A stretch of 54,356 bases of DNA from Octopus bimaculoides. Taxonomy: Eukaryota. Below are positions 50,690 to 54,356 of the stretch, in pieces (the stretch's first letter is position 1; every line of letters begins with the position of its first letter). Position numbers and translations under genes: made by a program. The stretch lies in contig NC_068983.1 in assembly GCF_001194135.2 (NCBI RefSeq), positions 74,559,690 through 74,614,045 of the forward strand, read 5' to 3'. A model generated the notes under the pieces. The model saw nothing but the letters and a program-made list of their open reading frames with translations. It had not been told where the DNA came from and did no database searches.

Positions 50690-50820
50690 TATATCTCCCA
50701 CCACCGCTTGGTAACATAGCAGTTTGGCAAAATATCCCGATACAATAAGCAACAGGTTAAAAATAAAGTAGTGGGGTCGACTGATTCGGCTAAAAGTTCT
50801 TCAACGCGGTACCCCATTAT
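50690..50820 (+). mobile_element. SINE family B, 3' remnant
   Basis: CCCACCACCGCTTGG..GCAGTTTGGCAAAA..GGGGTCGACTGATTCGGCTAAAA. Confidence 0.65.
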
Positions 50821-51164
50821 ATTCAGGCAGTCTAGGGCTGTTGAGTAATCCGTTACAGGATATGCGGGCTTCCAAATATAGCTACACCACACAAAATGGA
50901 TATCCTGGACCCATTTAGTTGAGCTATATAAAGGATAGCTCATATAAAGATGTCAGTGTTTGGATGTTTATTTGTTCGTGAGTCGCACACAGATATGCAA
51001 CAAATTCTTCAGCAATAATCAGTCGCTGAACCATCTCTACAAAGCACGATGTAAAAAAAATAGCTTTTGTACTCCATTTAAATTTATCTTGTAAATATAT
51101 AAATATCTACATGCTTTGAGTTTTTGTTTCTCTCTCTCTCTATATATATATATATACATATTTG

Positions 51165-51688
51165 CATAATTATAATGAAGGGATCTGGAATGCTAGCACC
51201 TATACGCTAAAAGAAGATGTCAAATACCTATAATTCACTCTAAATTGGTTCGCTATTTATAACTCTAGATCAGATGCGAGGTAATGGCCAAGAAGATTTA
51301 CAAAATTTCGGATAATCCTATATCTAAATATTTCATGCTCTGCAATAGAAATTGCTTTGCAATCCTCAGTAGAAATACACTGATAAACATAAACAAGAAA
51401 TACATATACATACCGATAAATTTATTCGTAGATACTAATATATATATGCATTTCCCGCGTGTACATTCTATCTACTAGCGTATCTCGTCCATGTGGTTAA
51501 TGTCAGGAATTATACGGGGTAAATACAGTTCCGCAGTATATCCGAAATTTTGTAAAACACCTTGCCCATTACCGCGCATCCGATCTAGAGTTATAAATAG
51601 AGAACTAATTTAGAGTGAATTGTAGGTATTTGACATCTTCTTTTAACTTATAGGCGCTGGCATTCCAGAGCCCTTAATTATAATTATG
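51165..51688. mobile_element. MITE with about 155-bp TIRs
   Basis: 51165-51322 aligns to the reverse complement of 51530-51688 with scattered mismatches; possible TTAA TSD (TGAA 51176-51179, TTAA 51674-51677) with GGG termini. Confidence 0.8.
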
Positions 51689-51883
51689 TTTTATAATTAT
51701 ATACTTAAAAATCAATTTTACCGATACGGCCACTTTCTATACGCTAGCCACTGATATAATCATTTTAATGAGTATATCCTTCATTTATAAGTATATATAT
51801 ATTTACTCGAATATATGCATGCATGCATATTTTATATAACAATCTCAAGCGTGTTTATCTGCATCACTATCTCTCCTTCCACC

Positions 51884-51918
<35 letters not shown>

Positions 51919-52385
51919 GTAAACATACATACAGATGCACAGATATAAATATAGATGCACATATAAATATATATGCGCAGGTATACAAAAATTAAGTCTA
52001 GATAAGACAGGCCTTTATAGACAAAACGTGCATAGTAAGCTGCCCACGGGCTGTATGAGTCTGCAAAAATAAACATCACTAATTCTTAACCTCATTGATC
52101 TGTGAAGATCATAGTTGCAAATATTACGTTTATCGTATTATTCCCTTGCCTGGGGATAAGAGAAATATTATTGAAATATTTAATGATTTTTATCGCTCGA
52201 TCTATGATATTTTATCGTTGTATTTATTGGTTTTTACGTAGTATTAGCCTCACTGACTGGATATTTTCTCAATTCTTCTGCACTTGTTGACAGTAAACCA
52301 ATTACCGTCACTCCATTATATTGCCCTATCATGTATCCATCCGTCACGTTTACCGTGCCGTATACTTTTCGTCTCGTAAGATTTA

Positions 52386-52450
<65 letters not shown>

Positions 52451-52460
52451 NNNNNNNNNN

Positions 52461-52525
<65 letters not shown>

Positions 52526-53047
52526 ACGTATATGTATATATGTATGTACGCATGTATGTATGTATGGATGTATGTATGTATGTATGAGGTGGTGCGGCGT
52601 GAAGTATCGTAGAATGGCTTAAAATTAATTTCACACCCATGAGATATGGAGTTCAATCTCAATGACTTACAACTTGAAATCTTTTTTTTTTATCGCCGCG
52701 TGTCGGCCCCAGTACTTGTGAGTGGAATTAGTAATTGGGAATTGTATAAAAGCTCGTCTGCTGGGGTGTGTCTGTAAAACCCACCTGAATATATCTTTTC
52801 TATTAATAGGTAGATTATGCATTTAGAACCAGCTCTTCCAAATAGTCCTTTCCCGCCCAAAGAGGAGTATGTGAAATTTGAGAAAGATTTGGTTGCTATA
52901 TCTACAAAACTAAACAAAAAAAAACCTCTTAGTGAAAAGGAACGTTTCAACCCTCAAGAGTTCTCCTAGATACCAAGGACGTTTATATGAAATAAATTTG
53001 CTTCAACTGCTGTTCTAGTTAACGTGAAATTCATTTGTGAATTGGCA

Positions 53048-54046
53048 CTGTTAGTCAAAGCAAAATGCGATATGTTTCATTTGTTATGAAAATTATTGTG
53101 TGATTCCGTATTTGAACAGATTTTACATATCTAAAGCAATACTTTCGTTAAACAACCAAAAAGAACATACGTGTGGCTCATTGTCCTATACACCGACAGA
53201 AGTCATATGGAGCTGAGTCAATACATCTGTAATCCTTACCCAATATGGTGTGTGGTATTTTCTTGCCTTGTCCACTCACTCATGTGTTTTTATGTCTTTT
53301 ATTTTTTACTCGTTTCAGTCATTAGACTCTGGCCATGCTGGAGCACCTCCTGCGGCTGGAGCATATATATATATATANNNNNNNNNNNNNNNNNNNNNNN
53401 NNNNNNNNNNNNNNNNNNNNNNNNNNNNNNNNNNNNNNNNNNNNNNNNNNNNNNNNNNNNNNNNNNNNNNNNNNNNNNNNNNNNNNNNNNNNNNNNNNNN
53501 NNNNATATAAAAAAGATAATAAGAGTGAAAAAACTACAGAAGGCTTGTGTTACATGGTTAAAGTATATATTTAAATTATGTCAGAAAAATGTAAGAAAAA
53601 TGTTATAAAAATGTTATAAAATCTTTTTGGTATATAAACATTGTATTTTGAGACATAACCGGTTTCGTGTTGTCTTTTCAAATTTCTCTACTTCATTGTG
53701 TCGTGTTCGTTCCAGTCTGTTAGTCAAAGCAAAATACGATATGTTTCATTTGTTATGAAAACTATTGTGTGATTCCGTATTTGAACAAATTTTACATATC
53801 TAAAGCAATACTTTCGTTAAACAACCAAAAAGAACATACGTGTGGCTCCACGACACAATGAAGTAGAGAAATTTGAAAAGACAACACGAAACCGATTATT
53901 TCTCAAAATACAATGTTTATATACCAAAAAGATTTTATAACATTTTTATAACATTTTTCTTACATTTTTCTGACATAATTTAAATATATACTTTAACCAT
54001 GTAACACAAGCCTTCTGTAGTTTTTTCACTCTTATTATCTTTTATA
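53048..54046. repeat. Local direct duplication (53048-53179 = 53717-53848) with the second copy enclosed by about 200-bp inverted repeats (53505-53704 / 53849-54046)
   Basis: Direct copies differ at 3 of 132 positions; inverted arms differ at only a few positions. Confidence 0.85.
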
Positions 54047-54080
54047 CATCCAACCACGTGCTTTCACATACCAACTTTCT

Positions 54081-54118
<38 letters not shown>

Positions 54119-54191
54119 ATAACTTAGCTACTTATATTAATTTTTTATATATCTTCCACTCTTTACTTGTTTCAGTCATTAGTCTACGTTT

Positions 54192-54303
54192 AGGGTGCGC
54201 GTGTCTGTGGAGTGCTCAGCCACTTCCAAGTTAATTTCACGAGCAGGCTGTTCCGTTCATCGAGTCACCTGGAACCCTCGCCGTCGTAAGCGACGGAGTG
54301 CTA
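54192..54303 (+). mobile_element. SINE family A, 3' fragment
   Basis: GTGTCTGTGGAGTGCTCAGCCAC..GTTAATTTCACGAGCAGGCTGTTCCG..CGTCGTAAGCGACGGAGTGC. Confidence 0.85.
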
Positions 54304-54324
54304 CACACGCACACACGTACGCAC

Positions 54325-54356
<32 letters not shown>

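Overview
AT-rich eukaryotic scaffold DNA with many N gaps and compound microsatellites. The SINE families and repeat style strongly resemble an octopus (coleoid cephalopod) genome; this assignment is my inference. I find no supportable host protein-coding gene, and nearly all long ORFs in the track are microsatellite, gap or antisense-to-transposon artefacts. The window looks intergenic or like a large intron built from layered mobile elements: about 25 tRNA-derived SINE copies or halves, several R4/Dong-like restriction-like-endonuclease (REL) non-LTR retrotransposon fragments ending in (TAA)n or (TAG)n tracts, three Penelope-like (PLE) fragments, a CR1/Jockey-type LINE fragment fused to a mariner 5' end, a Ty3/gypsy gag remnant, a short solo LTR and five inverted-repeat structures. 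The most interesting items are two degenerate minimal hammerhead-ribozyme motifs with palindromic stem III (one at a probable PLE 3' end), a microsatellite-targeted insertion cluster at 41.4-48.5 kb that includes a non-coding (TAA)n-flanked element, a centre-symmetric 1.24 kb fold-back element, and a recent inverted repeat enclosing a copy of nearby DNA. All family assignments come from manual translation and motif recall, not database searches, and most element boundaries are approximate.
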